A DNA stretch of 63,721 nt, counting the filler, from Dirinaria sp. TL-2023a (Eukaryota), in assembly GCA_051941275.1 (NCBI GenBank). It is 4 parts of 4 records of this genome, joined end to end, with 100 filler letters (N's around TTAATTAATTAA, not from the genome) between each part and the next. Parts side by side here need not be neighbours in the genome. Positions count along the whole stretch, not along the records: positions 15,967 to 31,819 come from JAVEBF010000521.1; positions 31,920 to 47,771 come from JAVEBF010000522.1; 2 more parts are not named here. One strand, given 5' to 3'. Of this stretch, positions 24,127 through 35,900 are shown piece by piece. The position numbers and the translations under genes are program-made. The notes under the pieces are model-generated. The model did not search any database. It saw nothing but the letters and a program-made list of their open reading frames with translations, and had not been told where the DNA came from. Within the stretch, counting starts at the first letter, position 1. Every line of letters starts with the position of its first letter.

Positions 24127-25514
24127 ATGCGCAGTCCCATGCGGAGTCCCTTACGGAGTCCCTTACGGAGTCCCGCACGCAGTCCTGCTCGAAGCACCGT
24201 ACCGCTCCCCAAGTGGAAGCCGCGACGTACAACGATCGATCTATACACTGAGAAGGACCGTACGCCATGGTACTGGAAAATCTCAACAGTCACGGCAGCT
24301 TTCATGATCATGCTAGGGTAAGATAACGTGTTGCGTCTTCAGAAGTTCTATAGAACAGAGCTAACAGGCCACCAGGTTTCTCGTCTTCCCCTCCGCCTTC
24401 ATGAAGGAGACAGACCTCAGCGTCAAGACAACCTCTGCGGGGGCGGCCGCTGGAGTTTTTCTAGCAATCGGTTTTATTCTATCGGCGGTAATATGGTACT
24501 TCTGCAAGAGCTGGCTGTTCAGGCTAGACTGCCTCTTTGGGTATGCATCGAGACGATCGATTATCGCATTAGCTAACAGTCGTCCACAGACCCTGTCTCT
24601 CATCATGCGTCTTCGGGCTAATTAACATCGCGTACAATCTCAATATTCGTCCAAATGCTACTGCTCATTGGACTGCAGCATCAATTTCCGCATTGACGCT
24701 AGCCACCATATCGACCTTAGTATACACCACACTCGCACTGCTCACTTTTCGAAAAATCCATATAGTCCATTCTCGAGATGCAATGCATCGCCACAATACC
24801 GATGGGGAGTCGCTATTGCCTGAAGACGAGATGCAGAGGCAACAATTACTAAGGCTACTACTCCAGCGTGACGGCAAGAAAGTGAGTAACGAGCTCAGTC
24901 GCAGTACATACAGGATCGATCTTCCAGATACACCTCGGAGGCCAACCACGCATCTATCCGCACCCCAAAATGTATACGGCTATGACGTTCGTCAGAGCAG
25001 GAGCCGAAGCGTCCCAACAGATCCCGTTCTCGACCGCCCAGCCGTTCAGACAACTCCGACGCCGCCCGCGGTTCATATAGAAGAGCCTACCCTCACGGAG
25101 AACCATCACTTCCCTCAGTATCGTCAAGAACAAACACCACCCCCTGCTTCAGAGAGCTACCACCACCAACCGCATCCGAACGACTTAGGCATCGAGGGCA
25201 TCGTGAACACGCGCACACGCACCCCAAGCCTGCCAATGGAAAAGCAAGAGCAACTGACTCGCGAGCTCTCGCTACGGCATCCCGCCGAACGGGCGAATTA
25301 CCATATCGTCGACCCTCCGTCGCCGCAGCAGCTGCAATACACGCCGCAGATGGTGGAGGAGGTGAACCGGCTCAGCAGAGAAAGCCGGCGCGCGGAGATC
25401 GAGCTGGAAGATCGAAGCTGGAACACGAAACGCCGGGCAGATGTCGAGATCGACGGCGTAGAGTTTACGCCCAGGATTAATCGCGTCGCCACAGATGGTT
25501 GGGGGGAGCGGTGA
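24127..25514 (+). CDS. Hypothetical membrane protein (about 4 hydrophobic segments, long Pro/Gln-rich tail), 3 exons
   Basis: Introns GTAAGA..CTAAC..CAG and GTATGC..CTAAC..CAG join ORFs 24103-24321, 24401-24625 and 24693-25514. N-terminal (M/L/A)RSP repeats; LLPEDEMQRQQLLRLL follows the last TM segment. Confidence 0.8.
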
Positions 25515-26427
25515 CAGAAATATTATTCTCGAGAGAAGCACCATCTTTTTCACCATCTGAACGGGAAAGTGAAAAAAAGTTTCCTCGGGAGAGTCGCTTC
25601 GCATTCTCGGCGGCAAGCATAGCATGCATGCACGAACCTTCGAAAATTATTCCTAATGCGTGGTAATATTATTCCCCACCCCAGCCACATTTTTATTGTT
25701 TTTTTCTTTTTTTCAAAGAGTTCACATTTCTCGCCTGAAAGCAAGCAAAGCAAGCATGAAAAATCTCCCCATCTCTTCCGCAATCCAGCAAAAAAATTTC
25801 TCATGATCATACTGTTATCACGTGCATCGGAACGGAAAACTTGGGATATTATTTCGAAAGGCTGCGGAAATCAGGAACGATGGGCTGGGGGAAGTGGGGA
25901 GGAGTGCATTTCTAAACGGCGTTTTATTCGAAAAAACGGAGTCGACTTTACTCTTTGTTTTTTTCGGTTCTGTCCTGTTTCTGCATTATTATTGCTGCTG
26001 GCTGCTGCTGCTGCTGCTGCTGCATAGCCGGGAACTGGACCGGACTTTGCTGGATGCGATAATCATCTAGCTAGGGTTACTCAGGGAAGGAGGGAGGGAG
26101 GGAAGGAGAAAGGGAAGAATCATGGACTCGTACGGGTATAAGATGGATGGATGGATTTAATCGAGGTCAGGCAAGTTCTTTTTGGATATAAGATATAGTA
26201 CCTAGGTAGTATATGTAGTAATATACTGAGGATGGGATCTTGAGATTTTTTGGTTGGATTTTTTGGTTGGGGATAAAGCTTTCCTTGTATTAGTACGTGA
26301 GTGGGGTTTTCAACCCATCATGAATATTCTTATATGTATACTTCGATGTAGGATCTCCAGGAAAGGCTCGATAGAAGAAAGAAGCGGGGCTTTATTCTAC
26401 TTGATACAAGCATATATATATATATAT

Positions 26428-26665
26428 ATTATATACACCCCGAACTTAGGATTGGGGATTACCGTTTTCGATCGGGAAAGGGAGCAGGGAGGCGCAGCGA
26501 GGGAGCACTGAGAGAGCACTGAGGGAGCCGGGGGGAGCACCGGGGGAAGTAGAGGGAGCAACCGAGGGAGCACCGAAGGAGTACGGGGGAGCATAATAGG
26601 GCAGTGCAGAGACGCAGCAATGAGAGCCTGATTTAGCTCTATCGACATTGGCTTGAGCTGCCCTC
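26428..26665 (+). repeat. Dispersed repeat copy A (fixed ends with internal GGGAGCA minisatellite)
   Basis: Begins ATTATATACACCCCGA and ends GGCTTGAGCTGCCCTC; internal ~11-nt GAGGGAGCACY-like units. Confidence 0.8.
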
Positions 26666-27108
26666 AGTATTATGAGGAATATCTGTTTTCTGGTATTTAG
26701 GAGGCCAGAAACCGCTCATTTATCAGCTGCCTCGGGGCTATCAGAAGTGGCTACCAACGCAGCACTTTCTGGCTTCCAAAATACTGGAAAATAGATGCTC
26801 CTTTTTTTCTCTTTATTGGTGTCAAGGAAGCCAGATTCGGCTGTTACTTTAAAGGAGACATTCGGCCGGCAGAGCCGCTCGGAGGATGTGCTGCCGTAGC
26901 AGAATTTTGATGACCGCATTGGGGAGAGCATGCGGGACCCCTCGGGCCGGTTGCCTTGGAACCCCCCGCTGCTAGAGTTTTCATTCTTATTGCACATGTC
27001 TCACAGCTAAACAATCCTCAATTCTTCTCTTGAACTTACACAACTGCCTCACTTGCTATTCCTGCGTCCCACTGCCTCCAGTGATACACCAACATATCGA
27101 TAGTAATC

Positions 27109-28094
27109 ATGGATCTTATCTCAAGTACTGTACCAGACGATCACGCCGAAGAAATCAAAAAGCGCCTCCGCGAACGTGATGGTTCAGACGACGAAAGCCG
27201 CCCAAGAAAGCGAGCAAGGGCAGATACCCGGGCCTTGCTACCACCAGGTGCCGATGGCTTGGAGGTGGAAGAACCTCCCAAACCTGAGGAGGATTTGATC
27301 GGTACGATGTCGAGCGATTACAGCGAGGACTGAGCTACAGTAACGGGGCGGCGAAACGCAAGATAACGCCTCGGACACAGGAGTTTCTGAGACAGCATAA
27401 GGATGCTTATAAGGTTGCTTTAGAAAGTGGCGCGAAAGATAAAGCGTCCTGTGCAGTTGTCCAAGCGTTGGACAAAGTCTACTATTCGACTTCTTTTTAC
27501 TTGAAGCCACGTTCAGCGGAGGAATTTGGAAAGCTTCAGGCCTTTGTGAAGCTACGCCGATTGGAATTGTTGGCAAATTATGGTGATTACCTCGGACAAG
27601 AGTTGCAGCAAATACGCGCGGACCTTAAGGCAGCAGCGAAGGGCGCTGCTGCAGACGTGCAAAAGGGGAATTTGGAGCATAGTCCACCAAGGACTTGGCT
27701 GGCTATTGCGGACGAGCTAGCTGGCGCAGACATGGGTGATCTTCGCAAGCATGTCTACATCGCTTGCGGGGTGCTTGGTATGGATTCTCATCATATGTTG
27801 TGGCTGATCGAGCAGTGGGGGGACCGGAACCGAATATTTCACAACCAGGTCCGTCAGTATATCACTGACTGCCACTGGCCCGCGCTTGCCAAGCAAATTT
27901 GGCGTGACCTCAAGGAGCTGCCAAACGCCGTGGTAGACCCGGATGACCTCGCGAAATATGAAACGGTCTTGGTCAGCGTCCAAAAGGAGTATTTCGACGT
28001 CTTGGACAAGGATGATCCTCAACACTGGCTGCCAAACCAGAAAGCCCGCGATTTGCTACAGGAGAAAGTGGCGAAGCTAAAAAAGCGGGCTTAG
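27109..28094 (+). CDS. Hypothetical helical protein with RNRIFH (Rx4H) motif; two exons or a frameshift
   Basis: ORFs 27109-27333 and 27468-28094 (the latter frame is open from 27288). Putative intron 27302-27423 (GTACGA..TAG) restores the frame but has a weak branch site. Confidence 0.55.
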
Positions 28095-28479
28095 ATGCCG
28101 GTAATGAGGAGGATGTGCTGCCGTTACAGAAGTTCGATAACATCCCAATCCGCATGGTCATTGGGAAGAGCACGGAGGAGTATCGTGGGGGAGCCAGGAA
28201 GGCGGCATATCCAAAAGATGAGCAGGGGAGGGAGAGGAGAGTGGGCCTGCATATCCCAGGGGATATGAGCACGAATAGACCGGGCCACTTCAAGCGTCTT
28301 GACTCTGAAGCGAGGATTGGCGATGGGCACGGAGCGGAGAAGGTGGAAGACAGGATCTGAATGATCATCATGATGGTATTTTCTACCCTGGACTTCACAG
28401 TGACCTACCTCATTCCCAACAGACGCATCTGCCAGTCCGTCTAATCCCCCGTCCGCGTAGTTCGATTCTCTATGAACGC

Positions 28480-29472
28480 TCACTGAGCAGTATACCCTCC
28501 ATCCACGGGCAACGCAACACCAGTGACATAATTCGCATCCTCACTCGCCAGGTACACATACGCCTGCGCCACATCCCTCACACTCACCTACTCATCCCCC
28601 CACGGCGTAAGCGCCGAAATCGCACTCCTCATCTCCCAGTCCTCAAACTAATCCTGCGTCATCGGCGTGCGTAGATCTAAGAAAAAAAGAAACAACCATT
28701 ATTAGCAACCCTAACTCATGCAGCCCACTAAAGGAGGTAAGGTAAAGGTAATGGAAACTCACGCCCTAGATAAATATAATTATAATGCACCTTCATCTTC
28801 GCATACTCCACCGCAACTTACTTTATTAACAGCGTTATAGCGCCCTTACTAGTATAGTACACCGCGCCATTCTTCTCCTTCCCCACTAATCCCATAATAC
28901 TGCTCGTATTTATAATCTAGCCCTTATAGCCTAAAGGGTATAGGTCCTAGGCTAGGAACTGGGTAATAATATGCTTAATGCCGAGGAACACGCCGTGGGC
29001 GTTAATAGCCATAATTGTATTAAAGGTGGAGTCTAGCATTAGGTAGATGGGCAACTAGGTTTCTATAAGGCCGATACCGGCGTTATTAACTAATTCCGCG
29101 ATTTCAGTTTCTGGGTCATGCGATGTGTAGGTCGTAAAACGCACTCAACACGTCCAGTCTCCCTCCTGCCCTTACGGCTTCTTTCACTGCCGCTTCCACT
29201 TCTTCGCCCTTTATGACATCCATTTTCATGAATATGGCCTTATCATCCCTATGTCTCTTGCGTATAGCCTTATGTGTGGGTATTCCCACCTCTTCAGCCT
29301 CAAATGTAGATTTTGGTGTTGATACTAGATCGGCGCAGACAATAAGATAAGCGCCTTGCGAGGCATAGGCGAAGGCGATAGCTTATCTAAGACTAGATAC
29401 TACACCTATAACTACATAGACTTTATCTTGGAGACGGATGCTAGTGGGTATGTAGAATATGGAGGAAGCCAT
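28480..29472 (-). pseudogene. RIP-mutated classical SDR pseudogene (2 introns)
   Basis: Translation shows RLQDKVYVVIGVVSSLR* (degraded TGxxxGxG), GGRLDV|LVNNAG, IINTSS, YYTSKG and YLASEDANYVTGVALPVDGGYTAQ*. Several internal TAA/TAG stops and TpA-rich sequence. Confidence 0.9.
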
Positions 29473-29822
29473 TCTAACGTGTGATGGATCAGCGTGGAGC
29501 GAATGAAGATGTCTAGAATTTTAGATGAATAGGAGACGAGAAGGTTAAAGTCATTACTCAACGGTCGAGCCCTTCCCTGCGCAGGCGGGCAGGCGGCAGG
29601 AGCACAGTTGCACGAGCTCAGCGCCAGAATCGCAGCTTTGCAGGCGTTGTCGTGGGAGGAATGTCGAGGCTGTCGCACAACTAAGAAGGCCCGCAGAAAG
29701 CCTGCATCCGAGCCATCCCACGCCCGCAGTCTTTGAACGGGTGCCCCCAAAGCTGAGCTGAGCTTCCGGCCCCGAATGCTTGCCTTAACAACCCGTTACA
29801 CGATCTCTGGATGTATATATGA

Positions 29823-30013
29823 ATTATATACACCCCGAGCTCAGAATTTGTAATTGCCGTTCCGGGACGGGAAAGAGAGCAGGGCCGCTTAAGAGGGAGC
29901 ACTGAGGGAGCATCGAGGGAGTATAAGGGAGCAAGCGAGGGAGCAAGGCGAAGTATCAGCGCAGCAGATGGGAGGCTGAAATGACTTCCACCTTTTCGGC
30001 TTGGGCTGCCCTC
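29823..30013 (+). repeat. Dispersed repeat copy B
   Basis: Same 16-nt start ATTATATACACCCCGA; ends GGCTTGGGCTGCCCTC (15/16 match to copy A); shorter GGGAGCA array. Confidence 0.8.
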
Positions 30014-30179
30014 TTTGTTTTGTAGTCTTTCAAACATCCGTCCAACAAAGCAAGCTTAGAACGACGTTGAACTCAATCAGAGCCAATTGAAGGCCTAAAT
30101 GGCTTGGTCCGATGTTGCTGATATAGTATCTGCTGAACAGTGCCTACGAAAAACTCTCGAGAGCCACACAAGCAGCGCA

Positions 30180-31388
30180 ATGTCCTTTGGCTTCTCAGCA
30201 GGCGATTTTATTACCGCCGCAAAATTAGTCTCGAGACTCATCATTACTCTCTCAGAGAGCAGCGGCTTCAGCCATGAGTACCAGCAGATCATCCAAGATC
30301 TTATCTCTGTGCACCGCACTCTTCTTCAAGTCGAGCAAATGAAGCAGACGAATCAGCTGAGTCAAAGCGCCATTAACGGATTGAAGCATGAAGTCGACTC
30401 CCGGTTGAGGAATTTTTAGGGAAGACGGAGAAATACTGAAAGGCGTTGCAGACTGGTGGCTCGGGGAGTGGATTGAAGGATAGCTGGAGGAAAATCGGAT
30501 GGAGTCTGTTTAAGAAGGAGGAGATAGCCACATTGAGAGACGTGTTGCAATTACGTTTACTATCGATCAACATATTGTTATCAACAGCCACATAGTACGT
30601 TCTCCTCGGATCCTGACGAACCTTGACCATTCCCTCATACTCGCGATCTCAATAGCCTCGTTCAAAAACCTACACTCTACACAAATACATGGGAACTTCA
30701 GCTCGATCTCAAGCAGCACGCCATTGAGCCCGATTGGACTTCCATTATCGTCGTCTTCGAGCATGTGGGGCTCACCTCTGGCGGCACTGGGTGGGAGGAC
30801 CCCATGTTCATCACCCGCACAGGCGACCTTGCTCGCCAATTCTTCCGCGTAGGTAAGGTCTTCATGATCCTGTGGAATGAAAACGAAGCGGAGCCCATGC
30901 TCATCAATTCCATCGCTGACACCGATAACGCTGTGCTTGAGGATCGAGAGGCACGGCAGAGGGTGAATTTAATGGCTAACGTGTATGAGGGACCATACAC
31001 GGGACCGGCAACCGTAAGACGGTTCCTGGTCGTACATGAGGGGATCCGCTCGTGCTACTGCCTCTCCAGCAGCACCTTCAAGCTCACGGGCTGCGCCAAC
31101 CAGCCTGATCAGGAGAACTACGGTGTCATTTACACCGGCTCCCTTCCCCCGGATTTATTACTAGGAGAGAAGTTGCCCGGTGAAGGTGGGATGACAAAAT
31201 CAGCGGTGAAGGTCGAGGCTAGTCATCCGAGTATGGTATTGCCGAGTCAGGTGAGGATTGATTATCGGAGGTTGGTTGAGGTGGAACACAGCGTGCGGGC
31301 TCGAAATGTTGGCTTAGTGGGAGTGGATAGCATGCAAGGGCTATTGGAGGGGTTGGAGGTTGTGAGAGCGGAAGTTGAATTGCAATGA
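30180..31388 (+). pseudogene. Disrupted gene: HeLo-like/fungal STAND N-terminal-type domain fused to a DUF6590-like domain
   Basis: MSFGFSAGDFITAAKLV...EYQQIIQDL, then a frameshift near 30400 and an in-frame TGA at 30437-30439, then DSWRKIGWSLFKKEEIATLR. Intron 30595-30655 joins in frame to FFRVGKVFMILW...VRRFLVV...CYCLSSSTF...RIDYRRLVEVEH. Confidence 0.7.
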
Positions 31389-31544
31389 TGGGGGCGTGCT
31401 GTCAAGAAAGAGGAGAGGGACATAAGTGGGCAGCCGACAGAGCCATATATGGAGCCATCGGATGAGCATCCACTTTCAGCTGTACAAAGGGTCTCGCTTA
31501 AACTTGCAAGAAACCGACGGTGAGTATGAAAGTAGGAAGTGACT

Positions 31545-31676
31545 GAAGGGGAGCATGGGGGAGCATCGAGGGAGCACTGGGGAGCACAGGGAGAGCACGA
31601 GTAAGCACGGAGGGAGCATGGGGGAGCACGGAGGGAGCAGATGGACGAAACGGGCCTTAGCGGGGGAGCACTGAGC
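31545..31676 (+). repeat. Third GGGAGCA minisatellite array (without the conserved ends of A/B)
   Basis: ggggagcatggggggagcatcgagggagcactggggagcac...gggggagcactgag. Confidence 0.8.
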
Positions 31677-31819
31677 GTCACGTGTTGTTGAGTTTGAAAG
31701 ATTACTATATATATATATATATGCTAGGTGCCCAGAGCATCGTCAAGTCATAAATCTACAGCTTACTTTCCCTCGTTTTCTGATCTTGTTCTAATCGGAC
31801 GAGACCCTGTATCTCAGTG

Positions 31820-31919
31820 NNNNNNNNNNNNNNNNNNNNNNNNNNNNNNNNNNNNNNNNNNNNTTAATTAATTAANNNNNNNNNNNNNNNNNNNNNNNNN
31901 NNNNNNNNNNNNNNNNNNN
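31820..31919. other. Artificial contig-joining spacer
   Basis: N44-TTAATTAATTAA-N44. Confidence 0.98.
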
Positions 31920-32725
31920 CCCCACTCCCCACCCCCAATCTCAGTCCCAGCTCACATATAATATCCCTCTCCAGCTCGAGCTGCAGCTCCTACACCCCAC
32001 CGTCCACATCACACATCCTATACATAGATACATCCTCCAGCATAGCATAGCGTCCTTAAAAGCACTTTTCGTGTGCTGTTATATATGCCAAGCAGGACTC
32101 CTCTCTCCACACTACACGCTACCTTCAAAAAAAAGAAGAAAAAAGACGGAGGAGGAGTTGAATCAAAGTGCCTCGGAAACCCTTTTTCGTTTCTGATTTT
32201 GAAAAAAGCGATCACGCAAGGCCGCTTTTTTATTGTTTCTTTGTTTTTTTTTTTGTTTTTTGCCCTTGTTTTTGGATTTAAATATAGGTTGAGGGAAAAT
32301 GGGATAAATAAAAAGTAAAGCCCGGTGTGGTTTCTCTCTTTCTCCAAAAAAAATGAAAGAAATTGGGTCTCAGAAGAAGGGGTTGTCGGCTGATGCTGCT
32401 ATATACATGATATAGATAGGATTAATCATGTATGCTGTATGTTATTTGCGAATCAAGATATTGTTTTTGGATCGGGAGGGTTTTTTATGTTAAAAGATCA
32501 GATGTTATGCACTAAGCGAGGCCGGTAAAAGATTAAGCAAGCGCATGACTCAAACGCACTCGATGGGTGTGATGAGAAGAGAAGGTTTTAGGGTAGATAT
32601 TGCGGAGTATGTAGGAAATGGCAAATGCATTGCTTATATCGGTCTTTGACTGTGATTCCCACACAGCTTTATCTTCGAACAAGCTGCAACGCCTGAACCA
32701 AAGGGTTCTTTTAAAGAAATGTGCT

Positions 32726-35201
32726 TCATCCTACAATCTCCTCCGTCTCATCCAACACCTCCTCCACAATCTCCTCCACAACCTGCTTCTCCTGCTCGCC
32801 CTCCTTGCCCGCCTCTTCTTCCGCCTCCTCCTCTCGCACCCCGAGCCCGCTCTCCTCGTCCAGGCCCATCTCCGCCCTCTCTTCCCGCAGATCCTCGGCC
32901 ACTTTCTCCCGCCACGCCAGCCACTCGCTCAGCATGCGCCGGCGTTCCTCCACGATCGCCCCCTTCTCTTTGTCTTCCTCGATGCGGTCCTGCTCCTCGA
33001 AGTCCTTGCTGTAGTCGCGCAGGTTTTTGCGGATCGATTTCTGCTCTTCGCGGGACAGCAGCGTGGCCGGGCGCGGGCGCCAGATGAATTGTTTGAATTT
33101 TTCAATGTGTTCTTCGCGCAGCAATTCGCCCGAGAGGGAGTAGATGTGGTAGCCGTTTTCCATCTGGACAGGTTTTTTGAGCCATGTTAGATTTTTGGAG
33201 AGGGGGGAAAGAGAGGAAGAGGAGGGGGGAACGCTTTCGTGTGTGTGCATGTGTGTAAATATGAAGATACGAAACGGTTAGGGAGAGGATGCTTACGGCA
33301 TGCTTCCACACGCTTGCGCTCGTTGCTACGAAACGCCCAGTGGGATCCCACTCGATATCCGTGACGCCGTAATGGTCCGCAGTATTCATCAGCTGCAAAT
33401 TCGCAGTCAGATCTTTTTCGCTGTCGACCTTCTCGCCTTCAAAGTCCAAGTCCCAGAAGTCGAGGTCGAAGCTTTGCTGCGAGTGCACCGTGGCGACGAC
33501 CACGAACCGGCCTTTGGGCGACCAGTAGATGGCGTTGCTGTTCTTCTTTTCAATGGTGCGGATGTGCTTGAAGTTGCCCACGCCGACACCCTTGACTTTC
33601 TCCGGGCAGAAAAAGGACACAGCGGTCTTGGGCGGGACGGCGGTCGCAGCAATCACTTCGGCGGTGGTGATGAGCACAAAGCGGTCGCCTTTAGGCTCCC
33701 AGGCGAAATTAATGACTGTATCTTTAATCGAGTCGACAACTTCAACAGGCACGCCTTTTTCCTTGACGCGGAAGATCTCGAGGTTCGTGGCGAGCGACTT
33801 CTTCGATTTGGAGTGCCGGTCGACTTTGACGCAGACGTACGAGCCTTGCGATTGCCAGTGCAGCTTCGCGTCTGTGACATTGAATAAATTGCGTGTCCGG
33901 ACTATGTCTTTTTGCGGGATGTTCATCAGGCCGACTTTGGCCGGGTTGCTGCCAATCTCGGGCGTCCAGAAGCAAAAGAGTTGCTCGTATGCTTTCTGGC
34001 CCTCCCTTTGCAGGCTGGCAGGCGCCCATTCAAAATCTCGCACGCCCTCGATCTTGATAGAGGTTTTATCTAGCAGGTTCATTTTCGGGAGTTCGTAGAC
34101 GGATATCGACTGGCCCTCGAGCATGCGCGCGACGTATTTGTCATCCGCCGACCATTTGAATGCGGGCCACGGGATCTTCTTCTTAACCGGCTGGCCGGTC
34201 GCTTCATCGATTGTCGGCCCCGGTAAATCGTGGGTTTGAAATGATCGTAACGGCTTCTCCGTCTCGACATCCCAGATGATGTAATTCTTCCCATCTTCCT
34301 TGACTGTCAAGAAAGGGTCGTCCTCACTTACTTCTATTGGTTTGAATGACCAGGTGGTAATATATTTCTCGGAGGGGGAGATGTCAATGAGGTTGCAGCC
34401 GGGATGAGGGAACTTGTGCAGCTTGGTCCATGATGGACCGCCCCACAGTTGCGCACCCTGAGTGTGGATTGTAGCAAGATATGTTCCTAGCGGCGACCAT
34501 TGTACGAAGAACTCCGTCCAATTCTTTCTGTCGAGTATGTTCTCCGGATTATCCTTTTTCCTGTTCCAGAAGACGCCAACGTTCTCCCCCCGATACATGA
34601 CCATCTGATCTCTGCCATTCGGATCGCCCAGCCACCAGCGCAGGTGCTCCTGTTCTCGAAACTCGTCTATCCGAGGCGCATGGTACTCATCGTCAATCCG
34701 GCCCTCTCTGCCATAACGATCGATATCGGTGAGCTTGTTCACCGCCAAGGTATGCTTTTTGTCCAGGGGAGTACCGTGCAAGGCCTTCGTTGCGGCAATA
34801 GCTTGCTCGGGGGTTTGGTACTCCACAAAGGCATATCTAAACTCATCAGTCTGCTGACCCGGAAGTGCCCCAGCCTCTGCCCTTACCCTTCCGACATTCC
34901 ATCATCGTTGAGTGGCATGAAGATATTATCCTCCTTCGTCTTGCCCACTTGGTTCAATTTTTTCAGGAGGAACTTGATGAGCTTCTGCTTGCTCTCTTCC
35001 GGCACGACGGGTAGTCCATCGATGACCACGAAAGCGTCGAGTCCTTGCTCCAGCCGTACATCGTATTGCTCGCGCAGATCTGGAGAAACAGCTCGTTAGA
35101 TTCTAAGCGGTTGAAGCAGTGATGGACAAACCTGAGAAGTCAAGCTCCTCTTCTGAGTCATAACCGTTGTCCTCGGGCAGGTTGTCGAAACTAGGCGCCA
35201 T
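32726..35201 (-). CDS. PRT1: Translation initiation factor 3 subunit B, 4 exons
   Basis: MAPSFD start, RRM ([29 protein letters not shown]), WD region ([30 protein letters not shown]) and FIWRPRP; three canonical introns. Confidence 0.97.
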
Positions 35202-35900
35202 GTTTGCAATATATCAAAGAAAGTAGGGCAAAAGACAGTGTGTCAAAGTATGAAATTCTCGAAATGAGTTAGATGTTTCAAATCGCCACAGTCTGGACTA
35301 GCCGTGGTACTCACAGACTCGCAGGCTTGCCAGATACATAGAAGGCATGTCAGAGTCAGTGCAGGTGGTGTGTGCGTTCCACTTTAGCCGACAGCCCGAA
35401 AACAAGATAATGGATTCCCCTCTTGGGCCTAGTTGCCGAATCTTAGCCGCCTAAGCGAACCATCCTTGCCGATCGGGATTCAGGGTTCTGGATCTTCTAC
35501 TCTGTACCTTAGTCGTAGCAGAGTTTACATAAAGTACAGTATAAATGCGGGACCCTCAAACCTTACCTTACGCAGTACCTTAGATCCTCATTAATTATTA
35601 TTCTCGCTGCACTCACAGATCCACCCACCATATCCAATTTCTCGCTCGGCTCTTCATTTTAATTATTCCGATCATACTTTGAGGGGCCATTGCAATCTTT
35701 TCCTCCTATTCCCTTTCCCACTCGCTGCCAATGCCAGCGTGCCGTTTATGATACAGCGAATACACTGTTGCGCGCAACGCTAGCACTTTCGCTTGGGCCT
35801 GGGTCAGGCTTCACTTCTATACCTTCTTGCTTTTCGATTACAAAACTTTCAATCAACACGTGGACAAGGAGTCTAAGCAGCAGCCAGCCATCTTTCCCCA

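Noticed and set aside
25550..26400. ORFs in A/T-tract and (GCT)n-rich DNA
   Set aside because: Low-complexity UTR/intergenic sequence; the same applies to 32018-32347 and 45150-46200.
26480..26600. GGGAGCA arrays as a CRISPR array
   Set aside because: Units are ~11 nt, degenerate and have no unique spacers; eukaryotic context and no cas genes.
28115..28360. 81-aa ORF after the Rx4H orphan
   Set aside because: Protein-like, but no ATG context or family motif; at most a gene remnant.
32618..35099. Long antisense/overlapping ORFs over eIF3b (also over VPS54, GSY1, APC2 and the BSD gene)
   Set aside because: Expected shadows of codon-biased, GC-rich coding sequence.
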